Assembly (NCBI GenBank): GCA_963771175.1
Contig: CAVYSY010000040.1
Location: 96,001-160,000, forward strand
Direction: 5' to 3'
DNA length: 64,000 nucleotides
Source of the DNA: an uncultured delta proteobacterium
GTDB lineage: Bacteria; Myxococcota; Myxococcia; Myxococcales; Myxococcaceae
In this document: in pieces, positions 52,961 through 63,217 of the stretch
Layout: the number at the start of each line of letters is the position of its first letter
Position numbering within the stretch: the first letter of the stretch is position 1
Notes under the pieces: generated by a model
Databases searched by the model: none
The model's input: only the letters and a program-made list of their open reading frames with translations
Told to the model about the DNA's origin: nothing
Translations under genes and position numbers: made by a program

Positions 52961-54789
52961 TGCGAAAGCTCCTCCTGTCCGCCGTGCTGCTGCTGTCCTG
53001 GCCCGCCGCCGCCTGGGAGTCCGTCTGCTACGAGCAGATGGACACCACGAAGGAGCCGAGGGACTACCCGGCCGGCTCCGGCCCCTACTGCTCACCGGCG
53101 GCGGGTCCCAACACCGCGCGCCAGCGATGGGTGGGGACGCTCGACGAGCACCGCCGCATCTGGGAGCTGACACGAGAGAAGGCGGGCCTGCCGGCCGAGA
53201 GCTCCGCGACGGTGCGGCTGCGAGTCTTCACCTCGAGCGAGCCGCTGACGGTGGACGGCACGCAGCTCACCTCGCTGCTGCCGGTGCCCTTCGCCGAGGC
53301 CGCGCGGGTGCAGGTGCGCGCCTTCACGCCGGGCGAGCTGGCACAGCTTCCGGACTTCTCCTACGCGCTGTGGGACTGGGCCACGGGCCACGAGACGTGC
53401 CCGCTGCCGGGAATCGGTGCGGACGCGACGCAGTGCCATGACTTCGCCACCCACATGGGGCCGGTGAACTCGAACCACTTCCTGCCGCAGGCGGGGCGCT
53501 TCTACGCGCGCTACCACGCGCTGGCGCTCGCGAGGGCGAGGGAGTGCAAGGCGATGAAGGACACGCTGGGCGCCGCGGGCGGGCGCTATGTGGACTACCT
53601 CCGCGCGTGCGAGGCCGAGGCGCTGTCTCTGGAGGCGGTGGGCCACCACTACCTGCAGGATGCCTGGAGCATGGGGCACATGTGGCAGCGCTGGGGCTCA
53701 CCGGAGCTCTCGGACTTCGCCAGCGGCGGGGCGGAGCCGAGGGACAGGGCGGTGCTCATCGCGCTCGCCTCCGGGCTGCTGCACGGGGCGCGAGGGGTGC
53801 TGCAGCGGCTGCCGGAGTGGACGAGCTACGACGTCAACGACGCGCTCTGCGCGCCGAACCCGGCGGTCGAGTTCATCAGCGCGAGCGGTGCCCGTTACCC
53901 GGCGATCGGTGACGACTACCTGGAACTGCTGCCGCCGCTGGGGCAGGGGAGCACGTACGCGCCGCAGTCCGAGCGCCTGCTGTCCTGCGCGATCTCGGGG
54001 ATGCGCGAGGTGTACGCGGCGGCGGGGGAGAACCATGGGGCGCTGGGGCCTCCGGCCGAGGGCCTGCGGACGTTGGATCCCACGAGCGCGGAGTGCTTCG
54101 GGCAGCGGGCCACCAACCGGGCGATGCAGGAGGCGGCGGCGGTGCAGTTCCGTGTGCTCGGGCAGCAGGTGACGTTCGGGCTGGACTCGCGAGTGGTGGG
54201 GTGGATGGTGCCCACGGTGGCGCGCGAGACGGGCGAGGTGCCGGTGCCGGCGCAGCTGAAGAACGAGTTCCGACTGGGAATGCAGCGCGTCGTCTCGCTC
54301 ACGCGGCTCCTGGCGAAGGAGCGCCCCGAGGGGACGGAATTGGCGGATGGGCGGTTCGGGACCTTCCTGGGGGCGAAGCCCAACGGGGAGTACGCGAACG
54401 GTGACGCGCTGGCCTCGTACGTGGATCCGGCGCTGCCGTGGCCGGCGACTCCGGACGCGGCGCCACAGGCAGGGGAGAGGGCCCTGGCGCTCGCCCGCGT
54501 CTTCCACCGGGGCCATGCGGGAGACTGGTGCCGGACGACCGCGGTGGAGGGGCTCGTCGCGCTGAGGGCGAGGGCCTCGGACGTGGCGCTCGACGCGGAG
54601 ACGCGGGCAGCGGCGTGCGAGGTCTGCTCGGAGCTCGCGGTGCGGCACCTGCGCGTGGGGACGGACGCGGCGAGCTACGACACCTCGTCGGAGCCCCTGT
54701 GCCACTACCTCTCGGGAGGCCCGTACCTCTACCAGCCGGGTCCGGGCACTCCGGATGGACTGGCCCGCGCGTGGTGCGGCTGCCCCTGA
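52957..54789 (+). CDS. Secreted protein, putative zinc phospholipase C / P1-nuclease fold
   Basis: Signal ends AAA|W. EH, LPD, NSNHF and HHYLQDAWSMGH occur in the order expected for tri-zinc ligands. Confidence 0.55.
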   Translation: MMRKLLLSAVLLLSWPAAAWESVCYEQMDTTKEPRDYPAGSGPYCSPAAGPNTARQRWVGTLDEHRRIWELTREKAGLPAESSATVRLRVFTSSEPLTVDGTQLTSLLPVPFAEAARVQVRAFTPGELAQLPDFSYALWDWATGHETCPLPGIGADATQCHDFATHMGPVNSNHFLPQAGRFYARYHALALARARECKAMKDTLGAAGGRYVDYLRACEAEALSLEAVGHHYLQDAWSMGHMWQRWGSPELSDFASGGAEPRDRAVLIALASGLLHGARGVLQRLPEWTSYDVNDALCAPNPAVEFISASGARYPAIGDDYLELLPPLGQGSTYAPQSERLLSCAISGMREVYAAAGENHGALGPPAEGLRTLDPTSAECFGQRATNRAMQEAAAVQFRVLGQQVTFGLDSRVVGWMVPTVARETGEVPVPAQLKNEFRLGMQRVVSLTRLLAKERPEGTELADGRFGTFLGAKPNGEYANGDALASYVDPALPWPATPDAAPQAGERALALARVFHRGHAGDWCRTTAVEGLVALRARASDVALDAETRAAACEVCSELAVRHLRVGTDAASYDTSSEPLCHYLSGGPYLYQPGPGTPDGLARAWCGCP

Positions 54790-54810
54790 CCGGTGCGGTC
54801 CAGGTCAGGT

Positions 54811-54844
54811 AGGTCCGGGCAAACCCAGACGTTTGCCCGGACCT
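54811..54844. terminator. 14-bp perfect hairpin between convergent genes
   Basis: AGGTCCGGGCAAAC-6 nt-GTTTGCCCGGACCT. Confidence 0.6.
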
Positions 54845-54868
54845 GCTCGGTGCGTCGGACTCAAACCC

Positions 54869-55162
54869 TTACGGGCTCGTTCCTTCCTCGCAATCCTGGG
54901 TCAGGCATTTGCAGATCTTCACCCTGCTCGTGTCGCTCAGGACCGCGCAAGTCTTGGCGGTCTCGGGGCAATCCGCGCTCGTGGTGCAGAGCTGAACGCA
55001 CTCCTTCTCGTCCGGATGGCAGAGCTCGGATTCAAGACAGTCCAGGTCTGTCGAGCACGACAGGTCCGCGCCATTCCGGCAAGCCGGCAGCATCATGCCC
55101 ATCGCACTCAGTGCGACGCGCAGTAACGACAGCTTCCGATGCCGTGTGCGCGATCTGCTCAC
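54869..55162 (-). CDS. Small Cys-rich lipoprotein
   Basis: GTG overlaps the upstream TGA; LPA-C; pattern CSTDLDC..LC..ECVQLC..DC..TC..CKC..DC. Confidence 0.55.
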   Translation of the reverse strand: MSRSRTRHRKLSLLRVALSAMGMMLPACRNGADLSCSTDLDCLESELCHPDEKECVQLCTTSADCPETAKTCAVLSDTSRVKICKCLTQDCEEGTSP

Positions 55163-55515
55163 TTTCCTCGACCCGGAACATGGGCGGACAACTTCGGGAA
55201 CACCTTGCGCCATTCCGGAACCTCCTCCTCCGTCGACTCGGAAGGGGCGCTGCTCGGCGCGGGCCGGGAGGCCGTGGGCGTCGTCGCGGTTTGTCCCATC
55301 TGGGTCCGAGCCTTCACAGGCTTCTCCCCGAGGCGATGCTGGGGTGCGGCCTGGGCCTGTTCCTGCATCTGTTGCAGCCCGAACAAGTGGTGGAGTGCGT
55401 CCGCGGACCGGCTCAACTCCTCCAGGGTCTCCCGCACGTCCCTCAGACGGTCAGTGCTCTGCCTCAGCCTGCGTTCCAGCTCAACCGTCAAAGCAACCCC
55501 TTCACCGTTCTTCAT
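55159..55515 (-). CDS. Hypothetical coiled-coil protein
   Basis: ATG at 55515 with GGAGGAAG RBS; heptad-like N-terminal half. Confidence 0.5.
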   Translation of the reverse strand: MKNGEGVALTVELERRLRQSTDRLRDVRETLEELSRSADALHHLFGLQQMQEQAQAAPQHRLGEKPVKARTQMGQTATTPTASRPAPSSAPSESTEEEVPEWRKVFPKLSAHVPGRGK

Positions 55516-55845
55516 GAATGGTCTTCCTCCCAAAAATGCTGTCCACCACTCCCGCCGCGAACGGAGCCGTCTCTGGCAATGGCTTCGCATGGGCGTCCAG
55601 CGTGAGGAGCCTCAACACGCTGACAAAGCCATACGGGTGAAACATTTTCTTGTGCCGAAGGCGTGCTGATCACGGGGGGGGGGTGGTTCGTGAGCCCATC
55701 CTGCCACTACCACGAAGGGGTGGGGCCGGCGAGCGCGATGGCGGCGTCCTCGGTCCTCCTGGGCTCCGCGGGAGGCATGTAGGCTGCCACCATGGCGGTC
55801 GGTGCGCTGCCTGCCCCTGCGGTCTGGGTGTCCTACACTGGCCGT

Positions 55846-56325
55846 ATGATCGACGAACTGGTGAGGACGCTGGGGCTCGCCCCCCACCCGGAGGGCGGCT
55901 TCTATCGGGAGACGTGGCGCACCTCGGTATCGGCGGAGATGCCGCGCGGCAGGCGCTCGGTGGCGACGGGCATCTACTACCTGCTGCCTCGGGGCTCGTT
56001 CGCGGCCTGGCACCGGGTGACCTCGGACGAGCTGTGGCACTTCTACGACGGGCAGGCGCTGACGTTGTACCTGCTCGACGAGCGCCAGGGTCGCCTGGAG
56101 ACGGTGGTGCTGGGCCGTGACGTCACGCACGGCGAGCGGCCGCAGGTGCTCGTTCCCGCCGGGGTGCTACAGGCTGCGCAGCCGCGAGGCGACTACACCC
56201 TGTGTGGCTGCACGGTGGCTCCGGGCTTCGACTTCGCGGACTGGGAGATGCCCCGGGGCGAGGCGCTGGCGGCCCGCTACCCCGAGCATGCGGAGCTGTT
56301 CCGCCAGCTCTCCCACCCGGGTTGA
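55846..56325 (+). CDS. Cupin (DUF985/cupin_5) protein
   Basis: LAPHPEGGFYRET, IYYLL, WHRV.SDELWHFY.G, VAPGFDF. Confidence 0.9.
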   Translation: MIDELVRTLGLAPHPEGGFYRETWRTSVSAEMPRGRRSVATGIYYLLPRGSFAAWHRVTSDELWHFYDGQALTLYLLDERQGRLETVVLGRDVTHGERPQVLVPAGVLQAAQPRGDYTLCGCTVAPGFDFADWEMPRGEALAARYPEHAELFRQLSHPG

Positions 56326-56490
56326 CGCTACCGGGTGGAGCGGGGCCGGCGAACCTGGCTGGCATCCCTCCGAGGTAATGTGGAGCGCACGACCTGTCTC
56401 GTAGGAACTGCTGGCTCGCCTGCCCGGCCGATATGGGGGGAGCCTCCGAGCGTTTTCCAGTTGCGTCTGCCTGGCAGGGAGGAGAGCACA

Positions 56491-57177
56491 ATGGCTCGGA
56501 ATGGATGGCTGCTCGTTGTGTCGACCGCTGTATCGACCTTGATGGCGTGCGCCCATGCGCCCGAGGGCTATCAGCCGCCGGGCTCGAAGACGGACGGCGT
56601 GCGGGTGATCGCCACGGATGCGGCCGAGAAGACGGGGCTGCCGGAGTGGGCGCTCACGATTCCACTCGGTGAGAAGGAGGATGAGTCGGTGCTGGAGTTC
56701 CTGGCGCGGGCCGAGGCCGCCGGGGCCCGGTACGTGAGCGACGTGGAGGTCGTGTTCGCGGCCGAGAAGAATGGGCAGTTCCTGGAGTGCCGGACCCACA
56801 TCAAGCCCGTCGCGGGAGTGGCGCAGCGCTGGTCGGGCGGCTCTACCCGTCGCCTGGCGAGGTCGGGCGGCGAGCGGCTGGTGACGGGGTACCAGAGCTC
56901 GTGCAGGCAGGACTCGGCGGGCCGCCTCCATTGCGTGCAGGTGCCCGTGACCCACGAGTCTCCGACCCTGTATTCGTACCGGACGGCCGTCGATATCCCG
57001 GCCACCAGCCCGGTGGCGTACCAGCGGCAGTGGAGGCTCCAGAAGTCGGCCCCCGAGTGCACGCCGCGTGAAGCCGAGGCGCGAGCGGCCGTCGTCTCGT
57101 CCCAGCGGGTCGAGGGGCACGCCTATGGCTGTGGCGAGGCCTCCTCCCGGTCGGGCTGCGAGGACAGGGCCCTGTAA
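56491..57177 (+). CDS. Lipoprotein of unknown function
   Basis: GGAGGAG RBS; MARNGWLLVVSTAVSTLMA-C. Confidence 0.6.
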   Translation: MARNGWLLVVSTAVSTLMACAHAPEGYQPPGSKTDGVRVIATDAAEKTGLPEWALTIPLGEKEDESVLEFLARAEAAGARYVSDVEVVFAAEKNGQFLECRTHIKPVAGVAQRWSGGSTRRLARSGGERLVTGYQSSCRQDSAGRLHCVQVPVTHESPTLYSYRTAVDIPATSPVAYQRQWRLQKSAPECTPREAEARAAVVSSQRVEGHAYGCGEASSRSGCEDRAL

Positions 57178-57237
57178 CGGCTCCGCCTCGAAGTCCTCAC
57201 CCCGGTCTGGCGCCGGGCGGTGCTATCTTCCCGCGCC

Positions 57238-57621
57238 ATGACGCAGCAGATCCGTGCGCTGGTGGTGGACGACTCCCAGGCCATGCGGCGCAGCCTGATG
57301 TACGCGCTGCAGCGGCTTGGCTCGTGGCTCCACACTGAGGAGGCCGAGAACGGTGCCGAGGGCCTCAAGAAGCTCACCCTCGGGCGGTACGACCTGGTCC
57401 TCACCGACATCAACATGCCGCTGATGGACGGGCTCAAGCTCATCCGCCACATCCGCCAGACGGACGCGTACCGCACTGTCCCCATCGTGGTCATCACCAC
57501 CGAGTCCGCCGTCGAGGACCGCGAGCGCGCCATGGCGCTCGGCGCCAGCGCCTACCTGGTGAAGCCCGTCCAGTCCAAGGTCGTCCAGGACACGGTGAAG
57601 AGCCTCCTGCGGCTCGAGTAA
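57238..57621 (+). CDS. CheY-like single-domain response regulator
   Basis: VVDDS, TDINMP, TT, KP; similar to the CheY at 40025. Confidence 0.85.
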   Translation: MTQQIRALVVDDSQAMRRSLMYALQRLGSWLHTEEAENGAEGLKKLTLGRYDLVLTDINMPLMDGLKLIRHIRQTDAYRTVPIVVITTESAVEDRERAMALGASAYLVKPVQSKVVQDTVKSLLRLE

Positions 57622-57736
57622 CGGTCGAGAAGGCGCTGGCCCGCCCCCCTGGCATGAGAGCCAGTCGTCAGCGGAGTACACCGGGGAGCGTCTGTTGTTG
57701 CCTGGGGGCTGGCGTCCCACTAAGACGCACCCCGTC

Positions 57737-60238
57737 ATGGCCATGAACGAGCGCTACGAGCCGCAGGCAATTGAGTCGAAGTGGCAGACCCGTTGGGATG
57801 AGGCGGGGGTGTTTCGGGCGGGCAAGCGCCCCGATGCCCCCAAGAAGTACGTCCTCGAGATGCTGCCGTACCCCAGCGGGCAGATGCACATGGGGCACGT
57901 GCGCAACTACCTCATCGGCGACGTCTACGCGCGCTACTTCCAGATGAAGGGCTACGACGTGCTGCACCCCATGGGCTGGGACGCCCTGGGCCTGCCGGCG
58001 GAGAACGCGGCCATCAAGGACGGCGTGCACCCGGCGGTGCGCACCCGCGAGAACATCGCCTCCTTCAAGAAGGAGATGGGCACGCTGGGCTACAGCTACG
58101 ACTGGACGCGCGAGGTCAACACCAGCGATCCCGAGTACTACCGGTGGAACCAGTGGTTCTTCATCCAGATGCTGGAGCGCGGGCTGGTCTATCGCCGCTT
58201 CAGCAAGGTGAACTGGTGCACCGGCTGCATGACGGTCATCGCCAACGAGCAGGTGAAGGACGGCACGTGTGAGCGCTGCGAGTCCCCGGTGTTGGACAAG
58301 GAGCTGCCCGAGTGGGCGTTCCGCATCACCCGCTACTCGCAGGAGCTGCTGGATGGGTTGGATGAGCTGAAGGAGTGGCCCGAGCGCATCACCTCGATGC
58401 AGCGCAACTGGATCGGCCGCTCCGAGGGCGTGGAGGCGGACTTCTCCGTTCAGGGCAGTGACGCGCGCATCCGCGTCTTCACCACCCGAATCGACACCAT
58501 CTACGGCTGCACCTACGTGGTGCTGGCGCCGGACCACAAGCTGGTCTCCCAGCTCACCACGTCCGCGCAGCGCGCCGAGGTGGACGCCTTCGTGAAGAAG
58601 ATGGCGGCCACCTCGAAGGTGGACCGCACGGCCGAGGGCGTGACGAAGGAGGGCGTCTTCACCGGCGCCTATGCCATCAACCCCTTCACCGGCCAGCCGG
58701 TGCCCATCTGGATCGCCAACTTCGTGCTGTCCGACTACGGCACGGGCGCGGTGATGAGCGTGCCGGCGCACGACGAGCGCGACTTCGAGTTCGCGCGCAA
58801 GTACGGCCTGCCCGTCAAGGTGGTGGTGCAGCCGGCCTCGGGCGACAAGCTGCCGCCGGGCGACAAGCTGGAGGCGGCCTCCACCGAGGACGGCGTGCTG
58901 GCGGACTCGGGCGAGTACTCCGGGCTGGCCTCGGCCGAGGCGCGCAAGAAGATGGGCGAGAAGCTGAAGGCCGAGGGCCGGGGCGAGCCCAAGGTGACAT
59001 ACCGCCAGAAGGACTGGGGATTCAGCCGCCAGCGCTACTGGGGCACGCCCATCCCCATCGTCTACTGCGAGAAGTGCGACCCCGAGCGCAAGGGCCAGCC
59101 GGTGCCGCTGGACCAGCTGCCGGTGCGCCTGCCGGAGATCGACACCCAGGCGGTGCTGACGGGCAAGGGCGAGCCGCCCCTGGCCAAGGTGCCCTCGTGG
59201 GTGAACACCACCTGCCCGAAGTGCGAGGGCCCGGCGCGGCGCGAGACGGAGACGATGGACACCTTCGTCGACTCCTGCTGGTACTACGCGCGCTACCTGT
59301 CGCCGAAGTACGACGACGGCGCCCTTCGATCCGAAGGAAGCGCAGCGCTGGCTGCCGGTGGACGTGTACGTGGGCGGCCCCGAGCACGCCGTGATGCACC
59401 TGCTGTACTTCCGCTTCTGGACGCGGGTGATGAAGCTGCTGGGCCTGAGCCCGGTGGACGAGCCCGTCACGCGGCTGATCACCCAGGGCATCGTCAACGG
59501 CGCGGACGGCCGGAAGATGGGCAAGCGCTACGGCAACGGCGTGGCCCCGTCGTCCATCGTGCAGAAGTACGGCGCCGACACCGCGCGCGCCTACGTGCTG
59601 TTCGCCGGCCCGCCCGAGCGTGACTTCGACTGGTCCGACGAGCAGGTGGAGGGCGTCTTCCGCTTCCTGAAGCGGGTGTGGACGCTGGCCGTGCACGCAC
59701 CAGGCGGGCGGACGGGGCCACGCACGACGGGGCCTTCGAGGGCAAGGCGCTGGAGATCCGCCGCGCCGCGCACAAGGCCTGAAGCGGGTGACCGAGGCCA
59801 TCGAGCGGCTGTCCTTCAACACCGCCATCGCCGGCATCATGGAGTACGTCGAACGCGCTGTACGCGCTGGGCACGCCGGAGACGCCCGCGGAGAAGGCGG
59901 CGATGGCCGAGGCCATCCGGATGCTGGCGGTGGTGCTGACGCCGTTCGCCCCGCACCTGGCGGACGAGATCGCCGAGTCCTACGGCACCAAGACGTTCAC
60001 CGTCACGCAGGGCTGGCCGGAGTTCGATCCGGCCCTGGTGGTGGACGACGTCATTCCCTACGCGGTGCAGGTGAACGGCAAGCTGCGCGCGGAGATCCGC
60101 GTGGCGGTGGACGCCACCGAGGCGGATGTTCGGGCCGTGGCCGAGGCGGACGAGAGGGTGAAGGCCGCCATGGCGGGCAAGACGCTGCGCAAGTTCGTCT
60201 TCGTGCCCAAGCGGCTGGTGAACTTCGTCGTCGGCTGA
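57737..60238 (+). CDS. leuS: Leucine--tRNA ligase (several apparent frameshifts at about 59320-59850)
   Basis: PYPSG.MHMGH, GTGAVMSVPAHDERD, SRQRYWG, GGPEHA, KMGKR, VQVNGKLR. Confidence 0.93.
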
Positions 60239-60250
60239 GACGGGGGCCCG

Positions 60251-60835
60251 GTGCCGACCGAGGTCCTCGTCATGTGTACGCGGTGCGGCCGCCCCCAGCG
60301 AGCGGGGGTGGGCCGCTGTGCCGCGTGCGGGGCCGAGCTGCCCGAGGCGCCCCTGCCCCCGGCCGTCGGCGCCGCCGGGGGTCCCTTCCTCTCGGCCGAG
60401 CTCGCGGGCGGGCGTGTCCTGGTGGGGGAGGGCAATCGGCTCTCCTTCCGTCCGGGCGCCTCCGCCACGCCCTTCCTCCTCGAGCTGCCCAGCCTGCGCC
60501 GGCTCTCCCTGGTGCACCGGCCGCGCTACGAGGCCCTGGTCCTCACCCTCGTGGCACTCGTGGCGCTGCCCTTCGTGCCGGTGACGGCGCTGCGCGTGCT
60601 CCTCGGGCTGGTGGCCCTGGCGGGCGTGGCGCTCGTGTTCTCCGGCCGGCGCTATACGCTCGCCCTGGATTCCGTGGGCGGGGTGGCGACGCGCTGGGAC
60701 CTGGGGACCGTGCAACGGGGCTCCCGCATGGAGCAGCGCCTGTGGTCCGCCTGGAGCACGCTCGCGGACGTGGTTCGCTCCCGGGGCGTGGAGGTGCGTG
60801 AGCCCTCCTCGGACTCGGGCTCCTCGCGCATCTGA
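60251..60835 (+). CDS. Zinc-ribbon membrane protein of unknown function
   Basis: CTRC..CAAC and two TM helices. Confidence 0.6.
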   Translation: MPTEVLVMCTRCGRPQRAGVGRCAACGAELPEAPLPPAVGAAGGPFLSAELAGGRVLVGEGNRLSFRPGASATPFLLELPSLRRLSLVHRPRYEALVLTLVALVALPFVPVTALRVLLGLVALAGVALVFSGRRYTLALDSVGGVATRWDLGTVQRGSRMEQRLWSAWSTLADVVRSRGVEVREPSSDSGSSRI

Positions 60836-60852
60836 GCATCACGACGCAAGGC

Positions 60853-63186
60853 ATGGAGCGGATGCTGACGAACGAATTGGAGTCGAAGCCGCGGGGGTTC
60901 GAGCGCATGGCGCCCCTCGTGTTGGCCCTGGTGCTCGCGGGCTTCTACGCACCGCTCTGGCTGGGGCAGCAGCTCTACCGGCGCGACACGTGGCGGATGT
61001 TGGTGCCCTGCCGGGCCTACGTGGGCGAGCGGCTGCGCGCCGGGGAGTTCCCCTCCTGGTTTCCCTATGAGTCGCTCGGGAGTCCCTTCCATGCCCAGGC
61101 CGTATGTGGGGTGCTCCACCCGCTGACGTGGCTGTCCGTGTGGCTGCGCCCGGAGGTGGTCATCTCCCTCCAGACCCTGTGCGCGGTGGCGCTCGCGGCC
61201 TGGGGGACGTGGCGCCTGGCCCGCCTGCTCGGCGCGGAGCGTGGGGGGAGCGCGGTGGCGGCGGTGGCCTTCGCCCTCGGCGGCTACCTCACCTCGGAGA
61301 CCTCCAACATCGTCTACCTGTGGGGCGCGGCGCTCCTCCCGGTGCAGCTCTACGCCTTCGGCCGAGCGGCGCTCCGAGGGTGGGACCGCTCCCACTTCCT
61401 GTTGGCGCTCGGCGCGACCTCCTCCACGGTGCTCATCGGTGACCTCCAGGGGGTCTACCTCTTCACGCTCGCCGCCGGCTGCTTCGGGCTGGCCCTGGCG
61501 GGGGGGAGGTGGCGGCCGTATCTCGCCGGCTGCGTGGGGTGTGCGGTGCTCCTCGCGGGCCTGTGTGCGGCCCAGCTCCTGCCGAGCTGGACGCTGCTGG
61601 GCTCGAGCTCGCGCGCCGGGGGACTTTCCTGGGAGGAGGCGACGTACTGGTCGCTCCATCCGCTCCGGTTGCCCGAGCTGCTCCTGCCGGGCCTCACGCC
61701 GCTGGGCGCCCCTGGCCGGGCCCAGGCCCTCTTCGGCTCGGTGCCGGGCTACCTCTTCTGGGCCGAGGCGCTCGGTGGCAGTGCCCTGGTGTCCTTCCTC
61801 GCCGTGCTCGGGCTGTTCCACCCGGGCGTGTCACGGCGGGTGCGCGGGGTGCTCGCGGGCCTGGCGCTGGTGGGGCTCCTCCTCGCGCTCGGCCAGTACG
61901 GTGGGCTCTACCGGCTCGCCTTCGCGGTGCTCCCGTTGATGAACAGCTTCCGCTGGCCGGAGAAGGTGGTGCCCCTCTTCCTCTCGGCCTGGGCCGTGCT
62001 CGCCGCCCTGGGCTGGACCCGGGCCTTGGAGGGGCGGTGGCGCCCCGCGGCGTTCGCCACGGGAGGGTTGGGGTTGTTCGCCGTGGGGGCCCTCGCGTCC
62101 GCGGGTGCGTTCTCGCCCGTGGTGGGGGAGTACCTGGTGGATCTCGGGCTCGCGCTCGGCTTCGGCGCGGCGGTGCTGGCCGTCTGCGCGCTCCTGGCGC
62201 GAGCGCCCGCCGGAGTCCGTGGCCCCGTCCTCTTCGCACTGGTGCTCCTGGAGACCACCGCCAGCAGCCTCCCCGTCCTCGACGTGCGGCCGCTCGAGGA
62301 CTCGGCCACGCCTCCCGTCACGGTCGAGCCGCTGCGGGCCATGGGGGCAGGGCCCGGGAAGATGCGCGTGATGAACCTCGGCATCGACGGCCAGCCCCTG
62401 GACGAGGGGAGCCTGGCCACCGAGGCGGATCGGCAACGGGCGGACCTGGAACGCGATGCGCTGTTGGCGCTGATCGGCGGCCAGTACGGCATCGAGGTGC
62501 CCGACCTCTATTTCCAGGGACAGGTGGCCCAACTCCCCGAGCTGTTTGGGGCGGGGCAGCAGTGGGTGGAGGCGCTCGCTCCCCGGTTGAACGTGGGCAT
62601 TGCCCTCTCCCGGGAGGAGTACGCGCCGGACTTCGCGGCGTTGGGCTTCCAGCAGCACGGGAAGACGAACACGGGGGTGGTCGTCTTCGAGGTGCCCCGG
62701 GTGTGGCCTCGCGCCTATCTGGCCGCCCCTCGCGCCCTGGAGCCCGGGAAGGAGCCGCGCCTGCAGCTCGCCACGCTGGAGCGGGGCTCCGTGCTCGTCC
62801 CCGGGTGGACGGAGCCTCCGGGGCCTCCCGTCACCGGCTCGGCACTCATCACCTCGTACGCCCCCGAGGAGGTGCGGGTGGCCGTCCAGGCCGAGGCGCC
62901 CGGGGTGCTCGTCCTCAGCGATCTCCACAGCCCCGGCTGGAGCGCCACCGTGGGAGGCGAGCCCGCGCAGATCCTCAACGTCAACCTGGTGGTGCGGGGC
63001 GTGCGTGTCCCGGCGGGGACGCACGAGGTGGTGTTCCGCTACGAGGCCCCGGGTCTGGCCGCCGGCCTGACCGTCAGCGCGCTCTCTCTGGTGCTCCTGC
63101 TGCTCCTGCTGCTGTGGCGATGGCCCTGGCGCCGGCTGCAAGCGGCCCTGGCGCTCGAAGGAGGAGGGGGCACCGCGCACGCTTGA
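60853..63186 (+). CDS. YfhO-family polytopic membrane protein (GT-C-like)
   Basis: RD..P, FPSW.PY..LGSPF, many TMs, C-terminal LVLSD...PGWSATV.G...V.VPAG.HEV.F.Y. Confidence 0.75.
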   Translation: MERMLTNELESKPRGFERMAPLVLALVLAGFYAPLWLGQQLYRRDTWRMLVPCRAYVGERLRAGEFPSWFPYESLGSPFHAQAVCGVLHPLTWLSVWLRPEVVISLQTLCAVALAAWGTWRLARLLGAERGGSAVAAVAFALGGYLTSETSNIVYLWGAALLPVQLYAFGRAALRGWDRSHFLLALGATSSTVLIGDLQGVYLFTLAAGCFGLALAGGRWRPYLAGCVGCAVLLAGLCAAQLLPSWTLLGSSSRAGGLSWEEATYWSLHPLRLPELLLPGLTPLGAPGRAQALFGSVPGYLFWAEALGGSALVSFLAVLGLFHPGVSRRVRGVLAGLALVGLLLALGQYGGLYRLAFAVLPLMNSFRWPEKVVPLFLSAWAVLAALGWTRALEGRWRPAAFATGGLGLFAVGALASAGAFSPVVGEYLVDLGLALGFGAAVLAVCALLARAPAGVRGPVLFALVLLETTASSLPVLDVRPLEDSATPPVTVEPLRAMGAGPGKMRVMNLGIDGQPLDEGSLATEADRQRADLERDALLALIGGQYGIEVPDLYFQGQVAQLPELFGAGQQWVEALAPRLNVGIALSREEYAPDFAALGFQQHGKTNTGVVVFEVPRVWPRAYLAAPRALEPGKEPRLQLATLERGSVLVPGWTEPPGPPVTGSALITSYAPEEVRVAVQAEAPGVLVLSDLHSPGWSATVGGEPAQILNVNLVVRGVRVPAGTHEVVFRYEAPGLAAGLTVSALSLVLLLLLLLWRWPWRRLQAALALEGGGGTAHA

Positions 63187-63217
63187 CCGCCGGACTCGTG
63201 CCGCTACTGTGGGCGCC

